This document shows, piece after piece, positions 1-11,869 of a stretch of 64,000 nt of DNA. The notes beneath the pieces were generated by a model, which was given only the letters and a program-made list of their open reading frames with translations, searched no databases and had not been told where the DNA came from. Source of the DNA: Lingula anatina. Lineage: Eukaryota > Animalia > Brachiopoda. The translations under genes were made by a program, and so were the position numbers. Position 1 is the stretch's first letter. Every line of letters begins with the position of its first letter. Location of the stretch: assembly GCA_051362555.1 (NCBI GenBank), contig CM120642.1:14632001-14696000 (forward strand), written 5' to 3'.

Positions 1-2466
1 TTTTTTCAATGAGCCAGTATACAGTACCTAATCAGTATTGAATTTACATATTTTATCTTTATCAGCACAATAAGAATCTTGCCATCTACTTTGAATTTTC
101 ATTGTTATTAACATTTTAGAATTGTTATGGAATTAAGCTAATTATGTTATCAGTAAGAACAAGATGTTATTATAATGATACATTTATGTACTGTGTAGAT
201 GCCAGTGCACTACTAAATTATGAGGAGAAATTTTTAATATTTTTTGGGATGGAGGAAACACAATTAATGAGGTTTTGGGGATTATCTTAATTTTGTGCAA
301 AATTGGGCAACAGACAATGGTTATTTATGTACTAAAAATATATCAATAAAGCAAAAAAGAATGATAGTGCTAAGCTGTGGTGGAACCAAAATTTTAAGAA
401 ACAGATTTTGTGGGGTTGCAAAATATCGTGTGTATCACGTCTATAGACTTAGCAGTATAAAAAGCCTTATAATTCTTGCAAGTGGTTTCTTCTTAGTAAT
501 TTGGACATTTAAGTTAAATTGAGGACAACACCGCTTCACTAAGAAATGACGTAAAGTCACAAACTACAACGAAGATGGACTGAATTATACAAAAGTAATG
601 TCTGATCGGAGAGTGGGGGTGCATTCGAAACACATGACCTTTTGTCACTCTTACGTAGTTTTTTTAATTACACATACACCATAATAATAAGTTTAGCTAG
701 AAGACACATTTTGTACGCCTAGTTCTAAGGACATAAGCCTACGGATGTATCCAATATATATTAGATGGGGTTGGGTTTTTTTACCCCTCCTAAAATAAAT
801 TTTAAAACTCGGTCAGAACTTATAATTTGATATTAAATAACTTAATTATAAATTTATAATTGTATATATATGCATTTAAAAAAGTCATCAAATCACGTTC
901 CAAGACCTAAATATTTTCATAATGTACGCCTTATGACACTTGATAACGTTCACGTGATTCAGATGAAGACAAAATGTGTCAAAAATATCTGAAATCGATA
1001 TTGGGAAAGGGTTTAAGGGAATGATGTAAGGCACATGAGTAAACTGTGGTCACATAAAGAGATAATTCTAGTTTTTTATGTAATTATGCAAACATTTTCC
1101 GACTCATGCATGCCTCAAAGTATGGGAAGTTTAAATATTTTAAATATCGAAGGCTTTAAAAATATCCTATGTGGATAATATTTACACGTTTTTAATACTA
1201 ACAAAAATTAGACTGCTTTAAATAGGTATTACGACATGCACGTTTATTTTTGACAAATTTTGTCTTCAACTTCGGTTGAATTTTTCACAGTGCCTGGTAA
1301 TGAATGTTTGCTAATTGCTTTCTAAGAGAATGCAGTTTTTGCCGTTTAAAAAATTTGACTTTTCCCTGTCACCATTTCGTCTAGCTAATCGTGGATGTAA
1401 CTGAATTAAAGATTCTATCAATGGCTAAAATATTACAAAAAAACATCAAACAACTGAAAATAATGACCCGCGACAAAAGACGCCCCGAAAAGTTTCTTTT
1501 TTCAATTTTTAAAAACCGGGCGACACCTCGAAGGTGGCCGCATTATTGCGTTATTAAAAAAATTCTAGTTATTTTCGGAGACGTTAAAACGTCAGATTTA
1601 GTTGCTAGGCTGATGTAAGTAAAGTTTCACTTGGACAAACAATTCTTACGTTTAGTAATATAAAAAAAGATAAATGGGCCTACACATATACTTGCATTAT
1701 CTTTATAAAAAATATTTTTCTGTTTCTGCTCAACTCATAACTCATGTTACTGGTGTGGGAGTACTGATAACCCGACGCCATGAAGGGAGACGTCAGTTGT
1801 TAATTATTACCTAAATCAGTAGACGTTTTGAATATAAAAATATACATTCAGTCGTTTCTTCTGCCTGGCATAAGTAATATGATCCACTGCTTCTATCTTC
1901 CAGTTTTGTAAATCAATATAATTTGTTTTTTCATTTTTCAGAATAACAAGTCAGCTGATTACAAAATGTGTTTCAGAGTACTTGGGTGACTGAACATGCT
2001 AAGTTCAGTGTACTTCCAATTGTCTCTCTACAATTCACTACAATCAGAACAACCATACTCCCTCAGGCTGCCTCAAAAATGCAGTCACGTACCCTACGCC
2101 AAATTACATTATCCACATTTTGGATCAGTGTTCAAATACACGCACACTAAAGTAGCCTGCGAGAAGTTCACAGCTACCAGCTTAACGGACATCGTACCTA
2201 TAAAAATTTTAGGGAGAAGGTATGTTGCTCAGAAATTTTCATCAAATTTGCCTGCACATTTCACAGACATTGCTTAGAACTTATTACTCTTATTATAAAC
2301 AAACTGACAGGCAGAATAATCAAAATATAAAATATAAAAGAAAATGAATATGTTGATAAGATATTATTACCAACTTTGCGCATCACTATCAAAGGCCATC
2401 CCCTTTGAACAAGTTGACCATTGGTGACAACAAGAACGCCAACATGTGACTATACGTCAACAAAGG

Positions 2467-2501
2467 TATAAAAGCGCAAAATTTTAAAAGTGCGTTCACT
2501 C
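2467..2501 (+). promoter_or_regulatory. Core promoter: TATA box plus initiator
   Basis: TATAAAAG at 2467-2474 and Inr-like TTCACTC with A at 2498, 31 nt downstream (canonical spacing); reverse CCAAT (ATTGG) near 2420; GC content rises just after 2498. Confidence 0.65.
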
Positions 2502-2858
2502 AACAGCGGACAGATCTAGAGCAACAGGACGGATGCCATGTGCTGCGCCCTGTATCAAGCACAAAGGACACGGGAGTCGACTCCCATTTCTCCGAATCTT
2601 CTACTCATCCTACGTCAACGCATCGCTCTTCGACATATTGTTCCCTGCACACGCAGACATCTAGACGGTGGATTCGGCGTTGCTCTTAGCTGGCCAGCTA
2701 AAATCTTCGCTTCTCCCCACGAGGAATCGTCGCTCGGTCATCTTCGCAGGATACTTCACCTTTTTGCTGTCGTGGGCTGGAGTCGTAGTGTCATTGCATA
2801 TTCCCATGCTTTCCAGGTTTCTTTTTATTACAGGTCCAGGAAGCAGACTGCAAACTGG

Positions 2859-4424
2859 TGGGCGCCACCTGTGGGACTTCGACTACACTCCTTAAGGTAT
2901 GTAATCTTTTTTTCTTTTTGGAAGGGGAGTTTGAGAAATGAAAGAAATCTAATCTCGTTTTTATTTCTGTTTACAGGACAAAGAAGATGATGGGCGCCAC
3001 CTGTGGGACTTCGACTACACTCCTTAAGGTATGTAATCTTTTTTCTTTTTGGAAGGGGGGTTTGAGAAATGAAAGAAATCTAATCTCATTTTTATTTTTT
3101 GTTTACAGGACATAGAAGATGATGGGCGCCACCTGTGGGACTTCGACTACACTCCTTAAGGTATGTAATCTTTTTTTCTTTTTGGAAGGGGAGTTTGAGA
3201 AATGAAAGAAATCTAATCTCGTTTTTATTTCTGTTTACAGGACATAGAAGATGATGGGCGCCACCTGTGGGACTTCGACTACACTCCTTAAGGTATGTAA
3301 TCTTTTTTTTCTTTTTGGAAGGGGAGTTTGAGAAATGAAAGAAATCTAATCTCGTTTTTATTTCTGTTTACAGGACATAGAAGATGATGGGCGCCACCTG
3401 TGGGACTTCGACCCACTCCTTAAGGTATGTAATCTTTTTTCTTTTTGGAAGGTGAGTTTGAGAAATGAAAGAAATCTAATCTCGTTTTTATTTCTGTTTA
3501 CAGGACATAGAAGATGATGGGCGCCACCTGTGGGACTTCGACTACACTCCTTAAGGTATGTAATCTTTTTTTCTTTTTGGAAGGGGAGTTTGAGAAATGA
3601 AAGAAATCTAATCTCGTTTTTATTTCTGTTTACAGGACATAGAAGATGATGGGCGCCACCTGTGGGACTTCGACTACACTCCTTAAGGTATGTAATCTTT
3701 TTTTTCTTTTTGGAAGGGGAGTTTGAGAAATGAAAGAAATCTAATCTCGTTTTTATTTCTGTTTACAGGACATAGAAGATGATGGGCGCCACCTGTGGGA
3801 CTTCGACCCACTCCTTAAGGTATGTAATCTTTTTTCTTTTTGGAAGGTGAGTTTGAGAAATGAAAGAAATCTAATCTCGTTTTTATTTCTGTTTACAGGA
3901 CATAGAAGATGATGGGCGCCACCTGTGGGACTTCGACTACACTCCTTAAGGTATGTAATCTTTTTTTTTCTTTTTGGAAGGGGAGTTTGAGAAGTGAAAG
4001 AAATCTAATCTCGTTTTTATTTCTGTTTACAGGACATAGAAGATGATGGGCGCCACCTGTGGGACTTCGACTACACTCCTTAAGGTATGTAATCTTTTTT
4101 CTTTTTGGAAGGGGAGTTTGAGAAATGAAAGAAATCTAATCTCGTTTTTATTTCTGTTTACAGGACATAGAAGATGATGGGCGCCACCTGTGGGACTTCG
4201 ACTACACTCCTTAAGGTATGTAATCTTTTTTTCTTTTTGGAAGGGGAGTTTGAGAAATGAAAGAAATCTAATCTCGTTTTTAATTCTGTTTACAGGACAT
4301 AGAAGTGATGGGCGCCACTTGTGGGACTTCGACTACACTCCTTAAGGTATGTAATCTTTTTTCTTTTGGAAGGGGGGTTTGAGAAATGAAAGAAATCTAA
4401 TCTCGTTTTTATTTCTGTTTACAG
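2859..4424 (+). repeat. Tandem array of 12 x ~132-bp exon+intron units
   Basis: Unit = GACATAGAAGATGATGGGCGCCACCTGTGGGACTTCGACTACACTCCTTAAG (52 nt) followed by GTATGT...TCTAAT...TTTTATTTCTGTTTACAG (78-82 nt); copies nearly identical. Confidence 0.97.
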
Positions 4425-4485
4425 GACACAACTGCAAGGAGACACCCCACATCTACACTTAAGCTACTTCGACCATCCCTTGGAG

Positions 4486-5301
4486 CCAGCGAGTCCTGCC
4501 ATGGTCTCTCTACGAGGTGGCTTCACTGGGGAAGCGTCCAGCGAGTCCTGCCATGGTCTGTCTACGAGGTGGCTGCACTGAGGAAGCGTCCAGCGAGTCC
4601 TGCCATGGTCTGTCTACGAGGTGGCTGCACAGGGAAGCGTCCAGCGAGTCTTGTCATATGGTGTTTCAATGAGATGGAAACCACTTAAAGGTAAGCCTGA
4701 CTGCAGAGTGCTGACATAGTATGAAAAGTCATTAATTCATTTTTCTTTCTGTTGACAGAACACAACTGCAAGGAGACGTCCCACATCTACACTTAAGCTA
4801 CTTTGACCATTCCTTGGTGCCAGCGAGTCCTGCCATGGTCTGTCTCTTTGATGTGGCTGCACTGGGGAAGCGTCCAGCGAGTCCTGTCATGGCCTGTCTA
4901 CGAGGTGGCTGCATTAAGGAAGCGTCCGGCGAGTCGTGCCATGGTCTATCTGCGAGGTGGCTGCACTGGGGAAGCGTCCAGCGAGTCCTGCCATGGTCTA
5001 TCTGCGAGGTGGCTGCACTTGGGAAGCGTCCAGCGAGTCCTGCCATGGTCCGTCTACGAGGTGGCTGCACTTGGGAAGCGTCCAGCGAGTCCTGCCATGG
5101 TCCGTCTACGAGGTGGCTGCACTGGGGAAGCGTCCAGCGAGTCCTGCCATGGTCCGTCTACGAGGTGGCTGCACTGGGGAAGCGTCCAGCGAGTCCTGCC
5201 ATGGTCCGTCTACGAGGTGGCTGCACTGGGGAAGCGTCCAGCGAGTCCTGCCATGGTCTGTCTTCGAGGTGGCTGCACTAGGAAGCGTCCAGCGAGTCCT
5301 G
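4486..5301 (+). repeat. 52-bp GC-rich minisatellite in two blocks (3 + 9 full units)
   Basis: Unit CCAGCGAGTCCTGCCATGGTC(C/T)GTCTACGAGGTGGCTGCACTGGGGAAGCGT, blocks at 4486-4650 and 4820-5301; explains the overlapping repetitive ORFs 4803-5402, 4814-5281 and 4936-5382. Confidence 0.95.
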
Positions 5302-6770
5302 TCCAACGTTTCATGGCAACTGCAAGGAGAAGAGGGCCACGTGCACACTTCCGATACATCCCTCAATCCTTGGTGCCAGTGAGTCCTGCCCCGGTCTGTT
5401 GAAGAGGCTGCATTGGAGAAGCGTTTGAAGCATATGGTGTTTCACTGAGGCAGAAAAACCTGCAAGGTAACCCGTGTTACTGGCGAGAACAATACACTAA
5501 AATTAATTTTTCAGCAGCAGTCTGTGCCATAAACTTTTCACCCTACTGGCCATTCAGTCCACCTTCTTTCCTAAAAACTAGATATAGATGTCTGAATCTT
5601 GATTCACTGGTTCGAATACAAAGTTCAATAGGACTAGACTGGATTGCATTAATATTTGTATTAACAAGACCTTGACATTTTTCTCGAATCATGATGTAAC
5701 AGTTACATTTAAAATAAATCAAAAGCTCTTTTTCATACTTATAGAAAAAATCCAACAGCCATGTCACCAAATTGACACTTTCTGGAAATCTACCGATTCC
5801 AACAATTTTTCTGGCTGCAGACTGCTTTTGATATACAATTTTTGAAAACTAATCAAATTTTCCTTTCTATTTACAGAACTCAATTAGGGCAATTCCTGAT
5901 AAAGTCCCGCTTTTTTGAAAGAGGTGCAAGAAGAGGGTCACATTCAATCCTTGGTGCATGGTCGAGTCCTGCCATGGTCTGTATGTTAGGGTGCTGCATG
6001 GGGGAGCATCAGAAGCATATGGCGTTTCACAGAGATGGAAACCTATCAAGCCTTAAAAGGTACATATCACTCATGTTTTTTGGGGAAAACAAAACACTTA
6101 AGTGATTTTTCATACTTTGAAAAACTAAAAACCGTTAGCCACATTAATTTGACAGCTCACATTCAGAAGGCAATGTCTTTTACCCATGACCCACTCCTAG
6201 GATTAAGATATTTATGGTTAGTAGATTGGATTTGGGTGGGAGAAGTAAAGAGGGAAACTTTTGACTTATAATTTTTTTATTTTGTAGTTGAGGCAGATAG
6301 CATTGGCGAGCGCCTGTCCTGATGACGGTCCATTTTAACAAGGTTAACAAGGCTAAAATGGAGAAAGCCATGTCAGCTATATCATAGTGTTTCAAGAGCC
6401 CTTCAATAGTTGTGATTAGAGAGCATTCAAGGTAAGTTATGGGACAGGATAAGGGTAAATGAACTAGATTGTCATTCATTGTATAGATAATACAAATCTT
6501 TTATCAGTGCAACTCCAACAAACTGAGCATTTTGTGCAAGGTCTTAGACAATTGTTTTAAGAATGTTTGGAACCTGTCACTCGGTGCAGGCATTTGTTTT
6601 CTATTTACAATTTACTCTAGCAAATTCAGTGCTCATTTTTCACAGGTAAAAAGCTCTTTTAATTTGTCACAGATGTGGAAAAACCTTATCATTCATACAA
6701 AATATTTTGACATGCCATTCGTCAACTTTCAGATCCTCAACAGTCTCGATATTCTGCAGCACGTTGTCAA

Positions 6771-7126
6771 TGGTCCAGATTACTTGGAGCTACCGCCCCC
6801 ACCACCCACCACCACCAATGTGACTCCGGGGCGTGGTCACTGGTCCAGATTACTTGGAGCTACCGCCCCCACCACCCACCACCAACAATGTGACTCCGAG
6901 GCGTGGTCAGTGGTCCAGGTTACTTGGAGCTACCGCCCCCACCACCCACCACCAACAATGTGACTCCGAGGCGTGGTCAGTGGTCCAGATTACTTGGAGC
7001 TACCGCCCCCACCACCCACCACCACCAATGTGACTCCAGGGCGTGGTTACTGGTCCAGATTACTTGGAGCTACCGCCCCCAACACCCACCACCAATGTGA
7101 CTCCGGGACGTTGTCACTGGTCCAGA
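6771..7126 (+). repeat. 70-bp minisatellite, 5 copies
   Basis: TGGTCCAGATTACTTGGAGCTACCGCCCCCACCACCCACCACCAACAATGTGACTCC... starting at 6771, 6841, 6911, 6981, 7051; explains the staggered GPDYLELPPPPP ORFs. Confidence 0.95.
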
Positions 7127-10100
7127 AATTGTATACTAGCAGCTACCACCCCCACCTCCAGTGCTGTGGTTGTGGTAATAAAAGGCCACCGTAGAAGTGA
7201 GTATTTATTTCCATCTCTCTATATTGTTCAGATTGTTAGGCATTTTCCTGGTTTATATGCCTCCCTTTACGCCTCTTGTTCTCCAGTCACTTTCTTTTTG
7301 TAGAATCTTGGCACTCTCCCAATCAATGTTTTTTTGTGATGGTTCGTTGTAGCAGAAGGCTACCTTGGGCTGTAGTGTATTTTTCCCTCTTCGGGTACCC
7401 TTTCTTATTCCTTCCCGTGTTCTTTAACTCTAACGTTCAACTTTCTCTTTGTCTCTCCCATATAAATCCTTCACAAATTAAACACTTGATGGAATACTAG
7501 TACACTCCTCCCGCTGGATATAGATTGTTCAGGCTTTACTTAAACTTGTCTTTGAGTAGAGTCGTTTAAATGCTGTTAGTGTTCCTTTTCCTTCGTTAAA
7601 ACTAATTTGTGCAATACCCCATTGTGACATTAAGTCTGAAGGTCGCCAGTGGCATGTCAAAATATTTCGCTTGAATGTTTTTTACAAGTTTGTGACAAAA
7701 GTGCTTTTGATATTTATTTCCCATCAAACTGCCGAAACTTTAAAAACACATTTCATATACAAATGGTTGACTTTTATTACATTTTGAAGTAATAATTTAA
7801 ATTTGCAGGCTACCAAAAGTGGTGGATTCTAAAAATGAAGATTGCAACTACCAAACCTCCAGATGAAACACTTCTTCAGGATTGAGGGATCTTTATACAG
7901 ATAACTTTGTAAGTTATTGGGGATCAACAACTTAAGAAAAGTGGTTCTGAATTTTTTAAGTATTATTATTGGTGTATTATGGCGTTTCTTATTATTGACA
8001 GTGATCAAAAACTATATCCTATGTAAACAAACAGTAGAATTAGAAGTAGCACAGACAGTCAACAATTTAACATGTAGGCTAACATTACAATATTCAATAT
8101 AGCAACATCTTTTCTTACTTTTTTGTCAAATGTTTGAAATAATTTATTTTTTGAAGACTGCTGTCTTCTTACTCTAAAAAGTTAATATATATATTTCAAT
8201 AAAGGAAGCATATTTCACTGTACATTTGGAAATAACGCTCTGATCATTTTAAGAACCAAGCTTTTCATTAATGTTAACGGTGTGTAAATACCAGTGATGT
8301 ACTTTCTTTGTTGCAGTTTCGATATAGCTTTTCATACTTTTGAGTAAAAGTTGGATTTCATTTGTAGGCTACGAATTGGGAGTTTGCCAATAATTACGCC
8401 TGCATGGTGTCAGATAACGTCGACCCAAGACCAAATGTCCAAGATGTTGAACACTGTACAGCGTTAGCAAGGAGCCCTGTGGACACTTTCATGGATGCTC
8501 GGACATCCCACGAGTTTTGGTGTTGAAGGACACGGCTTGTTCTGCAAACAAATATAAAGAATGTGGAATGGTAATGAAGGCAATATACAGTACTGAATGT
8601 AGTGGGAATACAGTCTAATAATGTATCAGTCTTTTGGATGCTGAGAATATTTGGGGTTCATGGGTCACAAACATGTCAAGGTGAAATTGCATCAAATTTC
8701 ATTTGTATTTTATGCCTTATGCAGTGAACCATTTTATTTCAATAACAGAAGAGAAAACTGAGGTTCAAGATAATTCTTCATTCCATACAAGATCAATTGA
8801 ATAAGATGTGTGCTTCTGTAGGAAAAGTCTACTTCTACAGTTGCTATAATTATTATATTAATAAATTTGAATATAGAGTTGCTTTATCCACATTCTGAAT
8901 GCAGATAGTTTTTTGCTCACAAAAACATTCCCACCACTTGTGGTCGTCTGTGTTTCGTTTCAATCTGAGATGGTCATTTTTCAAATTTGTGCTTTTGATG
9001 ATGTGGAGTTGTTTGTCAGTATGGCATTTGAAAAGGTCTTAACCTGCACACTAACCTTACTAACAAACCCTCACATCTTTGTAAAATCTGACTTCATGTA
9101 AACGCTTTTACATGAAGAGATTTTACATTGGTAGATTGTGCAAAATCTGTAATGAAATATTTTACGTGTGAGAAAATATTTCATTATATTTTTTGTACAG
9201 TCTGCTCTTCTTGAGAGATGCTGTCATCTCTCAAGAAAGAGATCACATTACTAATATTCAGATTTTCTCAAGTGTTATAGTTGACAAATACATCCACTTC
9301 ATCACATATGCACCTTTTCTCCGGATCAAAAAAATTCAGATTGAAATTTACATGGGCGGTCATACAGTGTAATGTGAGATCCGAAATATTTTGAAGCAAG
9401 CTTGCTTTATTCTGTACTTGTATCATGCAGGTAGTTGCGATTTCAGTGCAAAGTTACATTTTAGAAACCTGGTATTTTAAGTCGAATTATATATCAAAGT
9501 TTAGTTGAAATCATTGATATTCCCGAGTTATAATCATATTACTTGAATCTGTTTGCATTTTATCATAAAGAGAACTATAATCAAGTTTTGAAAGATGCTT
9601 GCAGTTGTAAAATGATTAACTTTATTTATGGTTTTAATTCTCCAAGATAAAGTCAAAATGATTCTGTTTAATTGTTATGTCTCTTGTTAGTTTTTTATTG
9701 GCTTCAGTGCCTTTTTCTGTAAGAATTACTTTAATAAGTTTTTATGCTTCACCTCGTGTATAGTATATATAGAGAATAGTTAGTCAAGACAAAGGTTATT
9801 CCATCTCAAAATGCTGTCTAAAACGGGACGATTCTTGAACTGTACGCAGCGCCGTGCCAATAGAAACGGATTTCGTCATGTTATAAGGGCCGAATTATCC
9901 GGGCGTGGGCACTTTCCCGGCATTCCCCACGAAGGGTTTAGACGGGTTTTTCCCCACGGCCCGAGAGCATCTGGTACCAGTTTCCGACCACAAGACCTGC
10001 ATTATCGGACTGTGTGCGTTCCGACGCTAGATGAAGACGATGGAAAATCTTAGAACTTTTGATAATACTGCTATGTATTAATTCATTGCGTTTACGTAGT

Positions 10101-11869
10101 TCATTACTGATTATTAGTCCTTTTTAAATCAACTGTAAATATTCAAAATTGTACATAATAGTTGAATAAAAAATAATCTATAATTTTCTCTCTTTTTTTT
10201 TTTTTGTAAAAAAAGTGGTCGTGTACAGATCGCTAAAAAAAAAGCGAGACTTGCAAATAAATTTAAATGGACTCGCATGTATGCTCGTTTAATCATTAGT
10301 AGAAATTATCCTCTTTCGCCTCTCACTTAAACTTTTACAATCTCGTCACTATTTCTGTCACTCCAATTGCTTCCATAAAACTAGCCGATGTCCAGGTAAT
10401 GAGTTGAATTTTGGTTTTTGGATACAAAGCTGTGGTGCTGCGTTACTTTGCTCTCCCGGTGTGGCGTGATAGACCCGTGCCGTGACGAAACCGTTCTGCA
10501 CATGCGCATTGAGGGTAGATTGAAAGAAGTAACTTCCGGTATGACGATGTCGTCCTAAGTAGGCGCTATGTTTGCACTGTTCAAACTATGATCTTTCTAT
10601 TCATAATTCAGTGGTTTTCGTCATGAGAGAGTATGTATTTGATAATCTTATTACTACAGTATACGGGGGAATGTTGGAAGTGAGCTTTTGATCGTGACTA
10701 AACTGTTTTGCTCTGTGTGAAAAACGTGGTATATCTAAGACTCGTATTAGCCTATAAATGTTTTCACGCTACAATGTTCTTTCAATTCAGAGTAAAGTCA
10801 TTTTCATTAAAAAGAAATTGTGTGTTTGATAATACTACAACTTTCTCTACGGGGAAATGTTGGAAATGCATGTGCAGCTACGTACTGTAAGTCAACAGAC
10901 TGCTACCCCCGCGTGAATAATCCGTCAGAACGGTTTATGCACGACGACGATTTCTTTACGTGACACCGGGCCCCGTAACTCGAAAGCAGCGCGCATTGCG
11001 ACCGAGCGCAAGCGTCTCGATTCCATTACTTGCCCATGCTCGCCCCATGTAATACCAAGGAGTTATAACAGTCACCACCTTATAATCGCTTTCTATGACA
11101 TCGTTCCCTCCCAGCACATCGTCCAAATAACTACCTGTGAATAAAATCGTCAGCATACAGCGTCGCTTTGACACTACTGATCTCGAATTCTAACGCGAAA
11201 TAACGCATATAAAATCAATCTCCAAGCGGAGGAGAGCGACCCAGACGAAACCTTGAGACAGGAGGCCCCCCGTAGCTAGCTCCGCCCACCGTAACAGACA
11301 TCGGACAATAGAGAGGCTTGCGTGTAATCTCCTTCTGTTATAACTCCTTGCCTGTACTCATTGTGTTGAAATGAAAATATTTCAAATACGCGTGTATAAA
11401 AAAGTGCAGCTTCAACACCAAAGACGCCTTTACCCACTGTACCATCGGCGCTGTCTCGGTGTTGGAGTTGTAGAATAGTACATTTATCTGTACTCACTAT
11501 TCACCTCACACAGATTTAAATTCTCCTAAACATGGGTCGGCTTTTTAGATGGTAGAAATGAAATACTGATTATATTGGACTTTTTTATGAACGTTAGTAA
11601 AATCAACACTATGTGGAACATCGCTAACTACCTGAGTGACTTCTTAAAATGATTTTTCAGAAAACGAAGGGGGGGTCAGGACCCCCCTCCCTGAACCCCC
11701 CTCTAAATCCGCCAACGTGTACTAATATATGCCTCAGCCCTGGACCAGCAAGGATTAATGTTTATGTACAGACACAGATGTGTCTGTACATATTGCCATC
11801 ATCTGCGTCTGTCGTCGCCGTCGCTGTCGCCGTCGCCGTCGCCGTTGGCGTGCACTTTAACCGTAAACA

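Larger units (their letters stand above)
2498..8203 (+). ncRNA. Predicted multi-exon repetitive long non-coding RNA (at least 18 exons)
   Basis: Consistent GT..AG chain downstream of the TATA/Inr. Exons: 2498-2896, 2977-3028, 3109-3160, 3241-3292, 3374-3424, 3504-3555, 3636-3687, 3769-3819, 3899-3950, 4033-4084, 4164-4215, 4296-4346, 4425-4690, 4759-5466, 5877-6059, 6288-6431, 6733-7196, 7809-7908; AATAAA at 8198-8203 (terminal exon unresolved). The consensus repeated 52-nt exon has stops in all three frames; the ORF from ATG 2538 terminates in exon 3. Confidence 0.5.

Noticed and set aside
2859-4424. CRISPR-like regularly spaced repeat array
   Set aside because: Both parts of each unit are repeated (no unique spacers), no cas genes, eukaryotic intron-rich context.
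4798-5402. Overlapping 86-199 aa ORFs on both strands
   Set aside because: By-product of a stop-free 52-bp repeat; the period is not a multiple of 3 and the peptides show no recognisable domain.
6313-6448. CTGATGA-stem-GAAA hammerhead-like motif, or C/D snoRNA with CCTGTCC/GGACAGG terminal stem
   Set aside because: Stem II (TCCATTTTA/TAAAATGGA) exists but is offset by 3 nt and lacks the closing G-C pair; stem I cannot be completed next to a UH site; no CTGA D box precedes the 3' stem.
6532-7303. Proline-rich ORFs (GPDYLELPPPPP)
   Set aside because: Generated by the 70-bp repeat, which shifts frame every unit and contains a TGA stop.
11670-11716. GGGGGGTCAGGACCCCCC...TAAATCCGCC MITE-like terminus
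   Set aside because: Matching opposite end not found, so boundaries cannot be supported.
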